This document shows, in pieces, positions 24,214 to 32,523 of a stretch of 41,047 nucleotides of DNA (its first letter is position 1; the number at the start of each line of letters is the position of its first letter). The DNA comes from Candidatus Limnocylindria bacterium (GTDB taxonomy: Bacteria > Chloroflexota > Limnocylindria > P2-11E): positions 1-41,047 of the forward strand of contig DASWDY010000018.1 of assembly GCA_036395035.1 (NCBI GenBank), in the 5' to 3' direction. The position numbers and the translations under genes were made by a program. The notes beneath the pieces are model-generated. The model saw only the letters and a program-made list of their open reading frames with translations, searched no databases and had not been told where the DNA came from.

Positions 24214-25563
24214 GTGAACGCTGCGGTGCAGCTGCGCCCGTCGGCGGCGGGCGCGCTCTTCACGACGCTGGCCGTCGCGGCCGCGCTCGTGCTCCTCGCG
24301 ATGGCGGTCACGGGCACGGGGCGCGGGGACGCCCTGACGGGCGGATCGCCCACGCTCGCGGTCGCCATGCGCGCGACGTTCCTGTTCGTCTCGGTGACGG
24401 CGCTCGTCGGCCTCGCGTGGCTGCGCGGGATCCCGTACCCGCCGATCCACGACCCGACGCCGTTCCACAACGACGCCATCGCGCTGAACGAGTGCGCCGC
24501 GCAGATGCTGCTCGGTCGCGCCGACCCGTACGAGGAGTTCGGGCTGCTCAACTGTTACGGCGCGCGCGGCCTCGGCCCGGATCGGACGACACCGCTGCGC
24601 GTCGGCCCGTTCGCCGACATCGAGATCTACCCCACCGAGGAGCGGATGGACGCGGCGTGGACCGCGGCCGCGCGCTGGTCGTCGCAGTGCCTGGGCTGCG
24701 TCATCTCGATCGTGCCCCCGGACTTCCCGTTCGAGTGGCGGCTCTCGTATCCGGCGCTCTCATTCGTCCTCCTCGTCCCGTGGGTCGTCCTCGGCTGGGA
24801 CACGAACACGCTCTACGTGCTCTGCCTCCTCGCCGCGATGGCGCTCGTCGTCATGCGCGCGCCCGCGGGGTCGCGCCCGTTCCTCATCACCGGCCTCCTG
24901 GCCGCGGTCTCGCTCACCGCCTTCACCGTCGGCGGCAGCGCCGACCTCCTCTATGCGCTGCCGCTCGTCGCGGCGTGGCTGTGGCGCGAGCGGCGGTGGA
25001 GCGCGGTCGCGCTCGGCGTCGCGGCGTCCGTGAAGCAGCTCGCGTGGCCGTTCGCGGTCTTCTACCTCATCCAGGTCGCGACCCGGGACGGCTGGCGCGA
25101 GGCGACGCGGCGCGCCGCGGTCGCCGGCGCCGTCTTCGTCGCGGTCAATGCGCCGTTCGTGGCGTGGAACGCGCAGGCGTGGATCCGCGGGATCCTCACG
25201 CCCGTCTCGGAGCCGATGTTCCCGCGCGGCGCGGGCATCGTGTTCCTGTCGACGAACGGGGTCCTGCCGCTCTTCCCACCGACGGTCTACCTCGCGCTGG
25301 AAGGGATCGCCGCGGTCACCGTCCTGATCGTTGCGTGGCGATCGCGCCGGACGAGCCCGGAGCTCGGCGTCGTGCTCGCGATGGTGCCGCTCTTCTTCGC
25401 CTGGCGGAGCCTCTTCTCCTACTTCTTCCTGCTGCCGCTGTTCGCGTTCGCCGCGCTCGCGCGCATGCCTGCGGGCGAGCTCTCCGCCGAGACCGCGCGG
25501 GCATCCGGAGCGCTCACCGTCCTCGCGATGCCCGCTCCGCGATCGCCAGCAGGGCGGAGCTGA
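24214..25563 (+). CDS. polytopic membrane protein, GT-C/GT87(DUF2029)-like glycosyltransferase candidate with a Cys-containing loop insertion
   Basis: 449 aa with about 10 hydrophobic helices. The first loop contains HND...GRADPYEE, then an insertion of about 70 aa with 4 Cys, then LSYPALSFVLLVP, and later SVKQLAWPF. This layout parallels the 4244..5416 protein. The true start may lie upstream (see findings). Confidence 0.55.
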   Translation: MNAAVQLRPSAAGALFTTLAVAAALVLLAMAVTGTGRGDALTGGSPTLAVAMRATFLFVSVTALVGLAWLRGIPYPPIHDPTPFHNDAIALNECAAQMLLGRADPYEEFGLLNCYGARGLGPDRTTPLRVGPFADIEIYPTEERMDAAWTAAARWSSQCLGCVISIVPPDFPFEWRLSYPALSFVLLVPWVVLGWDTNTLYVLCLLAAMALVVMRAPAGSRPFLITGLLAAVSLTAFTVGGSADLLYALPLVAAWLWRERRWSAVALGVAASVKQLAWPFAVFYLIQVATRDGWREATRRAAVAGAVFVAVNAPFVAWNAQAWIRGILTPVSEPMFPRGAGIVFLSTNGVLPLFPPTVYLALEGIAAVTVLIVAWRSRRTSPELGVVLAMVPLFFAWRSLFSYFFLLPLFAFAALARMPAGELSAETARASGALTVLAMPAPRSPAGRS

Positions 25564-25786
25564 CCGCCGCGGCGATCGCCGCGAACAGGAGCTGCGCGTC
25601 GCCGAGGACGCCGATGCGCGTCCCGGTGAGCTCGCCGACCACCTGCGCGGCCGTGACGGCGGCGACGGCGGCCAGCCACGCGGTCCCGAGCGCACGCGGA
25701 CGGCCGACGGCGGCGCGCAACGCGGCCGGGACACCGATCGCGACGAGAAGGAGCGGCACGACCGCGGGCGGCATGTGCCTCATCAT
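25514..25786 (-). CDS. possible small membrane protein (90 aa)
   Basis: The ORF has high third-position GC and two to three hydrophobic segments (MPPAVVPLLLVAIGVPAAL, WLAAVAAVTAAQVV, LLFAAIAAAVSSALLAIA). It is divergent from alaS and overlaps the 3' end of 24214..25563 by 50 nt. There is no homology support. Confidence 0.35.
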   Translation of the reverse strand: MMRHMPPAVVPLLLVAIGVPAALRAAVGRPRALGTAWLAAVAAVTAAQVVGELTGTRIGVLGDAQLLFAAIAAAVSSALLAIAERASRGR

Positions 25787-25794
25787 TCATCGGA

Positions 25795-28452
25795 ATGGAC
25801 AGCAGCGCGATCCGCGAGGCGTTCTTCTCCTTCTTCGAGAAGAGGGGGCACGTCCGCCTGCCCAGCGCGCCGCTCGTCCTGAAGGACGACCCGAGCGTCC
25901 TCTTCACGAGCGCGGGCATGCAGCCGCTCGTGCCGTACTTCACCGGGAAGAAGCAGCCACCGGCCAAGCGCATCGTCACGGTGCAGAAGGTCCTGCGCAC
26001 GAGCGACATCGACGACGTCGGCCGGGATGCCTACCACCAGACGTTCTGGGAGATGCTCGGGAACTTCTCGATCGGCGACTACTGGAAGTCCGACTCGCTC
26101 CAGTGGAGCTGGGACCTCCTGACCGGCCCGTTCGGCTTCGACGGCGACCGCCTCGTCGCGACGGTCCACGTGAGCGACGACGAGGCGTACGGGATCTGGA
26201 CGAAGCAGATCAAGCTGCCGCCGGAGCGCGTCTTCCGCCTCGGCGACGAGTTCAACTTCTGGACGCCGGGGCCGACGGGACTCTGCGGTCCGGACAGCGA
26301 GATCTTCATCGACAAGGGTCCGCAGCCTGGCGTCCCGCCGCACCAGTGCGACCCGAGCGAGAACTGCGGCCGGTACGTCGAGATCTGGAACAACGTGTTC
26401 CAGCAGTACGACCGCCAGACCGACGGCACGCTCGTGCCGCTCCCCAAGAAGAACATCGATACGGGCGCGGGCCTCGAGCGCATCGCGCAGGTGCTGCAGG
26501 GCGTGCCCGGCGACACGTTCCGCACCGATCTGTTCAAGCCGCTGGTCGAGAAGGTCGAACAGCTCGCCGGCGTCCGGTACGGCGACCCGAGCGTTGATCG
26601 CTCGATCCGCATCGTCGCCGAGCACTCTCGCGCGGCGACGTTCCTCATCGGCGACGGCATCCAGCCGTCGAACGAGAACCGCGGCTACGTCCTGCGCCGC
26701 ATCATCCGCCGCGCCGCGCTCCACGCGCGCAAGCTCGGCCTCCGGACCGGGACCATCGCGCAGCTCGGCGTCCTCTCGACGCGCGTGATGCAGGCGCACT
26801 ATCACGAGCTCGCCGAGGGACGCGAGCGCATCAGTGAGACGCTCGAGGCCGAGGAGCGGAAGTTCGAGCAAACGCTGTCGAGCGGCCTCGACCAGCTGAA
26901 CGCGGCGATCGCGTCGGCGCGGTCCGGTGGCCGAAAGGGCATCGACGGCGACACCGTGTTCCGCCTGTACGACACGTTCGGCTTCCCGATCGAGATGACG
27001 CGCGAGATCGCTGGCGCGGCCGAGCTCGAGCTCGACGAGCGTCGCTATCGCGAGCTGCTCGAGCAGCAGCGCGCCCGCAGCCGGGCGAGCGCGAAGTTCT
27101 CGCAGGACGCCATGCGCTTCGGCCAGTTCTATTCGGACCTCCGCGAGCGCGCGGGCGTTCGCAGCGTGTTCACCGGGTACGGCGAGCTCGCGACCGACGC
27201 GCGCATCGTCTCGCTCGCCATCGGCGGCGCGCGCGTCGACGAGGCGCCCGAGGGCAGTGAGGTCGAGATCGTCCTCGACCGCACGCCGTTCTATCCCGAG
27301 GGCGGTGGGCAGGTCGGCGACCGCGGCCACGTGACGACGAGCGAAGGGCGCGCGATGGTCGCGGATACGCAGACGGCCGCGCCGGAGGTGGTCGTCATGA
27401 TCGCGACCGTCGTCGACGGCGTGCTCCGCATGGGCGCCGCGGCGCACGCGGAGGTCGACGCGGAGCTCCGGCAGCACACGATGCGGAACCACACGGCGAC
27501 GCATCTGCTGCATGCCACGCTTCGCCGCGTGCTCGGTGACGAGGTCCATCAGGCGGGCTCGCTCGTCCACGCGCCGAACCTCCGGTTCGACTTCACGTTC
27601 GGGCGCGCGGTGTCACCCGAGGAGCTGCGGCAGGTCGAGGACGGGGTGAACCGGCTGGTCCTCGACAACAGCGAGGTCCACGCGCACGTCATGCCGCTGC
27701 AGGACGCGCTCGCGTCGGGCGCGCTGCACCTGTTCGACGAGAAGTACGGCGGCGAGGTGCGCGTCGTCGAAGCGGGGCCGAGCCGCGAGCTGTGCGGCGG
27801 CACGCACTGCCACTCGACGGGCGACATCGGTCTGTTCCTCATCACGAGCGAGGGCTCCATCGGCGCGGGGCTCCGTCGCATCGAAGCCGTCACCGGCCTC
27901 GGGGCGCTGCACGAGGTACGCGGCGTGCGCGACCGCACCACGCGCGTCGCCCAGCTCCTGCGCGTGCCCGAGGAGCGCGTCGTCGACGCCGCGGAGCAGC
28001 TCGTCGAGCAGCGCGCGCGGCTCGAGAAGGACCTTGGCTCGGCGCGGCGCGCGAGCATGGACACGTCCGCGATGGGCCTCGTCGCGAAGGCCGAGGCGCT
28101 CGACGGCATACGCCTCGTCGTCGCGAACGTCGGCGAGGCCGATGGCAAGCAGCTCCGCGAGCTGTCAGACCGCGTGCGCGACCAGATCGGGTCCGGCATC
28201 GTCATCCTCGGCAGCGTGCGCGACGACCGCGCCCAGCTCGCGGTCGGCGTTACGAAGGACCTGACGAAGGCGGTGCACGCCGGGACCGTCGCGAATCAGA
28301 TCTCGTCGATCGTGGGCGGCAGCGGCGGTGGCCCGCCGCACAGCGGCACCGGTGGCGGCAAGGACGTCGGACGGCTGTCGGAGGCGCTCGATGCCGGGCG
28401 GCGGATCGTCCGAGAACAGATCGACGGGGGCCGTGGCGCAGCTTCGCTCTAA
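25795..28452 (+). CDS. alaS: alanine--tRNA ligase
   Basis: 885 aa. The N-terminus is IREAFFSFFEKRGH. The editing-domain zinc motifs HTATHLLH and CGGTHC are present, and the C-terminus is a DHHA1-like domain. Confidence 0.95.
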   Translation: MDSSAIREAFFSFFEKRGHVRLPSAPLVLKDDPSVLFTSAGMQPLVPYFTGKKQPPAKRIVTVQKVLRTSDIDDVGRDAYHQTFWEMLGNFSIGDYWKSDSLQWSWDLLTGPFGFDGDRLVATVHVSDDEAYGIWTKQIKLPPERVFRLGDEFNFWTPGPTGLCGPDSEIFIDKGPQPGVPPHQCDPSENCGRYVEIWNNVFQQYDRQTDGTLVPLPKKNIDTGAGLERIAQVLQGVPGDTFRTDLFKPLVEKVEQLAGVRYGDPSVDRSIRIVAEHSRAATFLIGDGIQPSNENRGYVLRRIIRRAALHARKLGLRTGTIAQLGVLSTRVMQAHYHELAEGRERISETLEAEERKFEQTLSSGLDQLNAAIASARSGGRKGIDGDTVFRLYDTFGFPIEMTREIAGAAELELDERRYRELLEQQRARSRASAKFSQDAMRFGQFYSDLRERAGVRSVFTGYGELATDARIVSLAIGGARVDEAPEGSEVEIVLDRTPFYPEGGGQVGDRGHVTTSEGRAMVADTQTAAPEVVVMIATVVDGVLRMGAAAHAEVDAELRQHTMRNHTATHLLHATLRRVLGDEVHQAGSLVHAPNLRFDFTFGRAVSPEELRQVEDGVNRLVLDNSEVHAHVMPLQDALASGALHLFDEKYGGEVRVVEAGPSRELCGGTHCHSTGDIGLFLITSEGSIGAGLRRIEAVTGLGALHEVRGVRDRTTRVAQLLRVPEERVVDAAEQLVEQRARLEKDLGSARRASMDTSAMGLVAKAEALDGIRLVVANVGEADGKQLRELSDRVRDQIGSGIVILGSVRDDRAQLAVGVTKDLTKAVHAGTVANQISSIVGGSGGGPPHSGTGGGKDVGRLSEALDAGRRIVREQIDGGRGAASL

Positions 28453-29488
28453 GACCGAGCGCGGTCCGGCCGTGGCCGGCGTCGAGCTCGGGGCCGATCG
28501 GGTGCGGGTCGTCGTCGGCCACCGCGAGGCGGCCGGCATGCGCGTCACCGGCCTGTCGCAGGCGCCGCTCCGCCCCGGGACCATGAGCGGCGGTCTGGTC
28601 GTCGACCGCGAGGCCGTCGGCGGCGCGATCGCGAGCGCGCTCTCCGTCGCGGAAGCCCGCGAGAAGGCGACGCGGATCATCGCCGCGATCGATGGCGATG
28701 ACGTGCGCACGTATCACGTCGCGACGACCTTCGAGCGCGAGGCGCTGAACGAGCCGATGAGCCAGGGTGAGGTCACGCGCGCCGTGCAGGAGGCGCGCGC
28801 GGAGGCGGAGCGCGGCGCGCGCGAGGCCGCCGTGAACGACGCGTCGCTGCGCGGGATCGCGACGGTGCAGCTCCGCGACGACGTCGCCGGGCTCGCCCTC
28901 GACGGCCGCCCGCTCACGTCGCTCGTGGGATTCCAGGGCCGCTACGTCGAGATCCGCACGGACGTGTCGCTCGCGCCGCTCGTCGTCGGCAGCGCCGCGA
29001 GCGGGGCGCTCGACACGGCGAAGCGGCGCGGGACCGTGACGAGCGGCGCGTACGCGCTCGGCCGGCTCATGGCCGCGTCCGGCCTCGTCGAAGGCGCCGT
29101 GCTGCGCCTCGGCGCCGACGTCACGGCATTCGCCGTCGTCCGGGGGTCGCGTGTCGTCGCGACGCGCGCGTTCGGCCTCGGACGCGACGCGTTCTTCGCG
29201 CGCATGGAGCGCGTCGAGCGCGACGCCGCGGTCTGGGCGCGGTGCGTCGTGTCCCCGCTGACCGGCCTCGAGGGCCTGCTGCCCTCGCGGTGGCACTTCG
29301 TCGGCGTGCCCGAGGAGCTCGTGGCGCTGCCGCGCGCGCTCGGCGACGCGCTGGCGGAGCAGCGCGGTGGCGATGTCGAGATGTCGCCGCTGCGGCCCGC
29401 GCTCGCATCGCGCGTCTTCGCGTCGGAGCCGCTCCACGCGGACGACCTCGTCGCCGTCGGCGCGGCCGCGTTCGCCGCGGAGATCTAG
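28433..29488 (+). CDS. actin-fold (FtsA/PilM-like) protein with degenerate nucleotide-binding motifs
   Basis: Track ORF 28328..29488, trimmed to GTG 28433. The order of elements matches FtsA/PilM: VAGVELGADRVRVVVG (phosphate-1 position), a GLVVDREAVGGAI segment, an inserted domain, then GAVLRLGADVTAFAVV (phosphate-2 position) and AFGLGRDAF. The usual Asp residues are E and R here. Confidence 0.5.
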   Translation: MAQLRSKTERGPAVAGVELGADRVRVVVGHREAAGMRVTGLSQAPLRPGTMSGGLVVDREAVGGAIASALSVAEAREKATRIIAAIDGDDVRTYHVATTFEREALNEPMSQGEVTRAVQEARAEAERGAREAAVNDASLRGIATVQLRDDVAGLALDGRPLTSLVGFQGRYVEIRTDVSLAPLVVGSAASGALDTAKRRGTVTSGAYALGRLMAASGLVEGAVLRLGADVTAFAVVRGSRVVATRAFGLGRDAFFARMERVERDAAVWARCVVSPLTGLEGLLPSRWHFVGVPEELVALPRALGDALAEQRGGDVEMSPLRPALASRVFASEPLHADDLVAVGAAAFAAEI

Positions 29489-29489
29489 G

Positions 29490-30956
29490 GTGGCGCGGAC
29501 GATCGTCGACCTCGACGCGCGCGCCACCGTCCTCGATGCTTCCCAGCGCCTCGCCGCGGCACTCCCGGACGGCGATATCGCGCTCATGGTCGCGCCCGGT
29601 GCGCCCGTCCTGCGCAGCGGCGTGTTCCTCGAGGTGCTCCGATCGGAGCTCGGGCAGCGCCGGCTCTCGCTCGTGACCATGGACGCCCGCGCGCGCAGCG
29701 TCGCCGCGTCCGTGCACGTGCCGGCCTACTCGAGCCTCGCGGCGCTCGAGCGCCACGAGCTGGATCCGACCGAGCGCATCGACCGCGCGCGCCGGACGGC
29801 GATCGCGTCCGTGCGTCCGAGCACCGTCGCCGCGTCGCGGCCGTCGTTCCGCCGGGTCGGCGCGATCGCCGGCGCGCTCGCCGCGGCCGCGCTCATCCTC
29901 GCCGCGATCGTCGGTCCCGAGGCCACGGTCCGCGTGGCGGCGGCGGCCGAGGACATCGGGCCCTTCGACTTCCCGGTGCGCGGGACCGTCGGCGGGACCG
30001 CGGACGTGAAGCTGAAGACGGTGACGCAGCAGGTCACCGCGCGGATCCCGGGGACGCTCACCGGCGCGCGCACGGAGGAGCGCAGGGCGCGCGGATCGGT
30101 GCAGCTGCAGAACAAGACCACCGACGAGACACGCATCCCGAAGGGGACCATCTTCCAGACGCCGAACGGGATCCAGTTCCTGTCGACCGAGGAGCGCACG
30201 CTCCCGCGCAGCGTGATCATCCCGGGCACGAACCTCGAGCTGATCATCGGCAAGATCGACGTTCCCGTAGAAGCGGCCGTCGCCGGGCCCGACGCGAACG
30301 TCGCGGCGAACCGCATCACGATCGGCCCGAGCCCGACCCGCTACACCGTCACGAACAACGAGCCGGCGAGCGGCGGCGAGATCAAGCGCATCCCCATCGC
30401 GCGGCTCGAGGACTACGACGCCGCGCGCGCGAAGGCACCCGACGCGCTGAAGGCCGAGGCTGAGCTGCAGCTGCAGAAGTGGATCCGCGAGCCTCGCCCG
30501 CGCGAGCTGGTGATCCCCCGGGTCCTCGTGGGCCAGATGCAGATCGCGCCGGCGAGCGCCGACGTCGTCGGCAAGGAGTCGTTCGAGGTCACTGTCACCG
30601 GCATCGCGACGGCGTACGTCGCGCCGGAAGAGGAGCCGCGCCGGGCCATCGCGGCGAAGCTGCGCGAGTCGGCGGTCGCGGGCAACGACGTCGACGACAA
30701 TGGCGTGATCTTCGACGTCACGAGCCTCAAGGTCGGCGAGGACGGCGTGACGTGGAACGTGACCGCGCGCGGTCAGCAGGCGCGCAAGGTGGACCCGGCA
30801 GGCACCGCGCGGATGCTCGCCGGCAAACGCGTCAGCGAGGTCGAGAAGGAGCTCGAGCGCGACCGGCTTCGCCTGAAGCGCCTCGATTGGCGCCCGGAGT
30901 GGTGGCCGCTCCTGCCCCTGCTCGACGTCCGGATCACCGTGGTGGTCGAGCGCTGA
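29490..30956 (+). CDS. single-pass membrane protein with a baseplate-J (gp47)-like extracytoplasmic domain
   Basis: GTG 29490 lies 1 nt after the upstream stop. There is a cytoplasmic N-domain of about 110 aa, then the TM helix VGAIAGALAAAALILAAIVG. The region RGSVQLQNKTTDETRIPKGTIFQTPNGIQFLSTEERTLP...VPVEAAVAGPDANVAANRITIG...VTNNEPASGGE fits the Baseplate_J pattern as I recall it. Confidence 0.5.
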   Translation: MARTIVDLDARATVLDASQRLAAALPDGDIALMVAPGAPVLRSGVFLEVLRSELGQRRLSLVTMDARARSVAASVHVPAYSSLAALERHELDPTERIDRARRTAIASVRPSTVAASRPSFRRVGAIAGALAAAALILAAIVGPEATVRVAAAAEDIGPFDFPVRGTVGGTADVKLKTVTQQVTARIPGTLTGARTEERRARGSVQLQNKTTDETRIPKGTIFQTPNGIQFLSTEERTLPRSVIIPGTNLELIIGKIDVPVEAAVAGPDANVAANRITIGPSPTRYTVTNNEPASGGEIKRIPIARLEDYDAARAKAPDALKAEAELQLQKWIREPRPRELVIPRVLVGQMQIAPASADVVGKESFEVTVTGIATAYVAPEEEPRRAIAAKLRESAVAGNDVDDNGVIFDVTSLKVGEDGVTWNVTARGQQARKVDPAGTARMLAGKRVSEVEKELERDRLRLKRLDWRPEWWPLLPLLDVRITVVVER

Positions 30957-31339
30957 GCCGCTACCTCGCGCTCGACGTCGGCGACCGCCGCATCGGCCTC
31001 GCGGTCGGGGATGAGGGCGGCGGGATCGCGCGCCCGCTCCGGACGCTCCGCCGTCGTAGCCTGCAGGCCGACGTCGCCGCGATCGGTGACGTCGCGCATC
31101 GGGAGGAGGTGTCCGCGCTGCTCATCGGGCTGCCGCTGACGCTCCGGGGCGAGGAAGGTCCGCAGGCCGCGCGCGTGCGCCGGTTCGCCGACGCGTGCGC
31201 TCCGCTCGGGCTGCCCGTCGCGCTCCACGACGAGCGGTTCACGACGACCGAGGCCGCCATCCAGGGGGCGCCCGACCCGGACGCCGGCGCCGCCGCGATC
31301 CTGCTCGAGGACTTCCTGCGGGCACGAAGGCGCGCATGA
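30953..31339 (+). CDS. ruvX: Holliday-junction resolvase-like nuclease RuvX (YqgF)
   Basis: (L/M)SRYLALDVGDRRIGLAV ... LLIGLPLTLRGEEGPQA ... HDERFTTTEA. The conserved N-terminus begins at CTG 30953, which overlaps the upstream stop (CTGA). The next ATG/GTG upstream is track start 30479, which adds about 158 nonsense residues out of frame with the previous gene. Confidence 0.8.
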   Translation: MSRYLALDVGDRRIGLAVGDEGGGIARPLRTLRRRSLQADVAAIGDVAHREEVSALLIGLPLTLRGEEGPQAARVRRFADACAPLGLPVALHDERFTTTEAAIQGAPDPDAGAAAILLEDFLRARRRA

Positions 31340-32523
31340 GGCCGCCCGGTCCACCGCCGCGTCCCGCACCGTCGCGCTCTCCGGTGGCGTACCGGAGACC
31401 GCCGCCGCCACGGCGGACGATGGCGGGACCCCTCGTGTTCGTGCTGCTCATCCTCGCGCTCGTCGTCGTCATGGTCGGGCAGGGCCAGACGATCGTGGGC
31501 GACGCGATCGTGAGCCTGGCGAGCGAGCGCGAGACGCTCCTCCGGCAAGGACCGATCCGCGCGCTCGTCGCGAGCCGTCTCGGAGCGGCGACGGACCTCG
31601 CCGCGGATCCGAACGGCACGATGCGCGACTTCGAGATCGAGAAGGGCTCGACCGCGGCCGACGTGGCGCGGCACCTCGAGACCGAGGGGTTCGTCCGCGA
31701 ACGGCTGGCGCTCCTCGTCGTGCTGTACGACGGCGACCACGAGAGCGACCTGCAGGCGGGCATGCATCGCATCAGCGCGGCGATGACGCCGCGCGAGATC
31801 GCTGAGGAGCTCGTGCGCCGCGCGCCCGAGGATCAGACGACGCTGCGGATCATCGAGGGTTGGCGCCTCACGGAGATCGCGGCGGAGGTCTCGAAGGTCT
31901 TCCCGCAGATCACCAAGGAGGCGTTCACGCAGACCGCCGTGGTCGGGAAGCGCACGTCGTCGGTGCTCGCCGGCCTTGACCCCGCGATGTCGCTCGAGGG
32001 CTTCCTCTTCCCGGACACCTACTTCTTCAGGAAGGACGCGACCGCCGAGAAGATCGTGTCGACGCTCCTCGAGACGTTCGAGACGAAGGCCGGGCCGGCG
32101 CTGCGCGTGGGCGCGGCCGAGCAGAAGCGGACGGTCTACGACCTCGTGAAGCTCGCATCGGTGGTCGAGCGCGAGGCGCGCGACCGCAAGGAGAGCGCGC
32201 AGATCGCGGGCGTGTACGCGAACCGCCTGAAGGTCGGCATGAAGCTCGATGCCGACCCCACGATCCAGTACGCGCTCGGGACGTGGCGCGAGCTGCTCCT
32301 CGAGGACCTGAAGATCGATTCGCCGTACAACACGTACAAGGTCGCGGGCCTCCCGCCGACCCCGATCGCGAGCCCCGGCCTCGCGGCGATCGAAGGGGCG
32401 GCGAAGCCGGCGGAGCACGACTTCCTCTTCTTCGTGGCGAAGGGCGACGCGAGCGGCCAGCACCTCTTCGCGCGGACGCTCGAGGAGCACGAGGCGAACC
32501 GCGTCAAGGTCGGCAACAGGTAA
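31336..32523 (+). CDS. mltG: endolytic murein transglycosylase MltG (YceG)
   Basis: ATG 31336 overlaps the ruvX stop (ATGA). It has a Pro/Arg-rich N-terminus and a TM anchor LVFVLLILALVVVMV. The YceG motifs are LASVVEREA, IAGVYANRLKVGMKLDADPT, SPYNTYKVAGLPPTPIASPG and FLFFVAKGD. Confidence 0.9.
   Translation: MRPPGPPPRPAPSRSPVAYRRPPPPRRTMAGPLVFVLLILALVVVMVGQGQTIVGDAIVSLASERETLLRQGPIRALVASRLGAATDLAADPNGTMRDFEIEKGSTAADVARHLETEGFVRERLALLVVLYDGDHESDLQAGMHRISAAMTPREIAEELVRRAPEDQTTLRIIEGWRLTEIAAEVSKVFPQITKEAFTQTAVVGKRTSSVLAGLDPAMSLEGFLFPDTYFFRKDATAEKIVSTLLETFETKAGPALRVGAAEQKRTVYDLVKLASVVEREARDRKESAQIAGVYANRLKVGMKLDADPTIQYALGTWRELLLEDLKIDSPYNTYKVAGLPPTPIASPGLAAIEGAAKPAEHDFLFFVAKGDASGQHLFARTLEEHEANRVKVGNR

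Noticed and set aside
24417-26597. 726-aa + strand ORF bridging the GT-C-like gene, the intergenic region and alaS
   Set aside because: It is out of frame with both supported genes and reads as Arg/Ala/Pro/Gly-rich low-complexity sequence. The alaS frame has unambiguous AlaRS motifs.
16510-30956. Interpretation as a prophage or tailocin remnant, because of the tail-fibre-like repeats and a baseplate-J-like domain
   Set aside because: There are no capsid, terminase, portal, sheath, tube, tape-measure, lysis or integrase genes, and no flanking direct repeats. Both proteins have cellular-type N-terminal cytoplasmic domains and TM anchors. Housekeeping genes lie between them. Domestication of the folds is the more economical reading.
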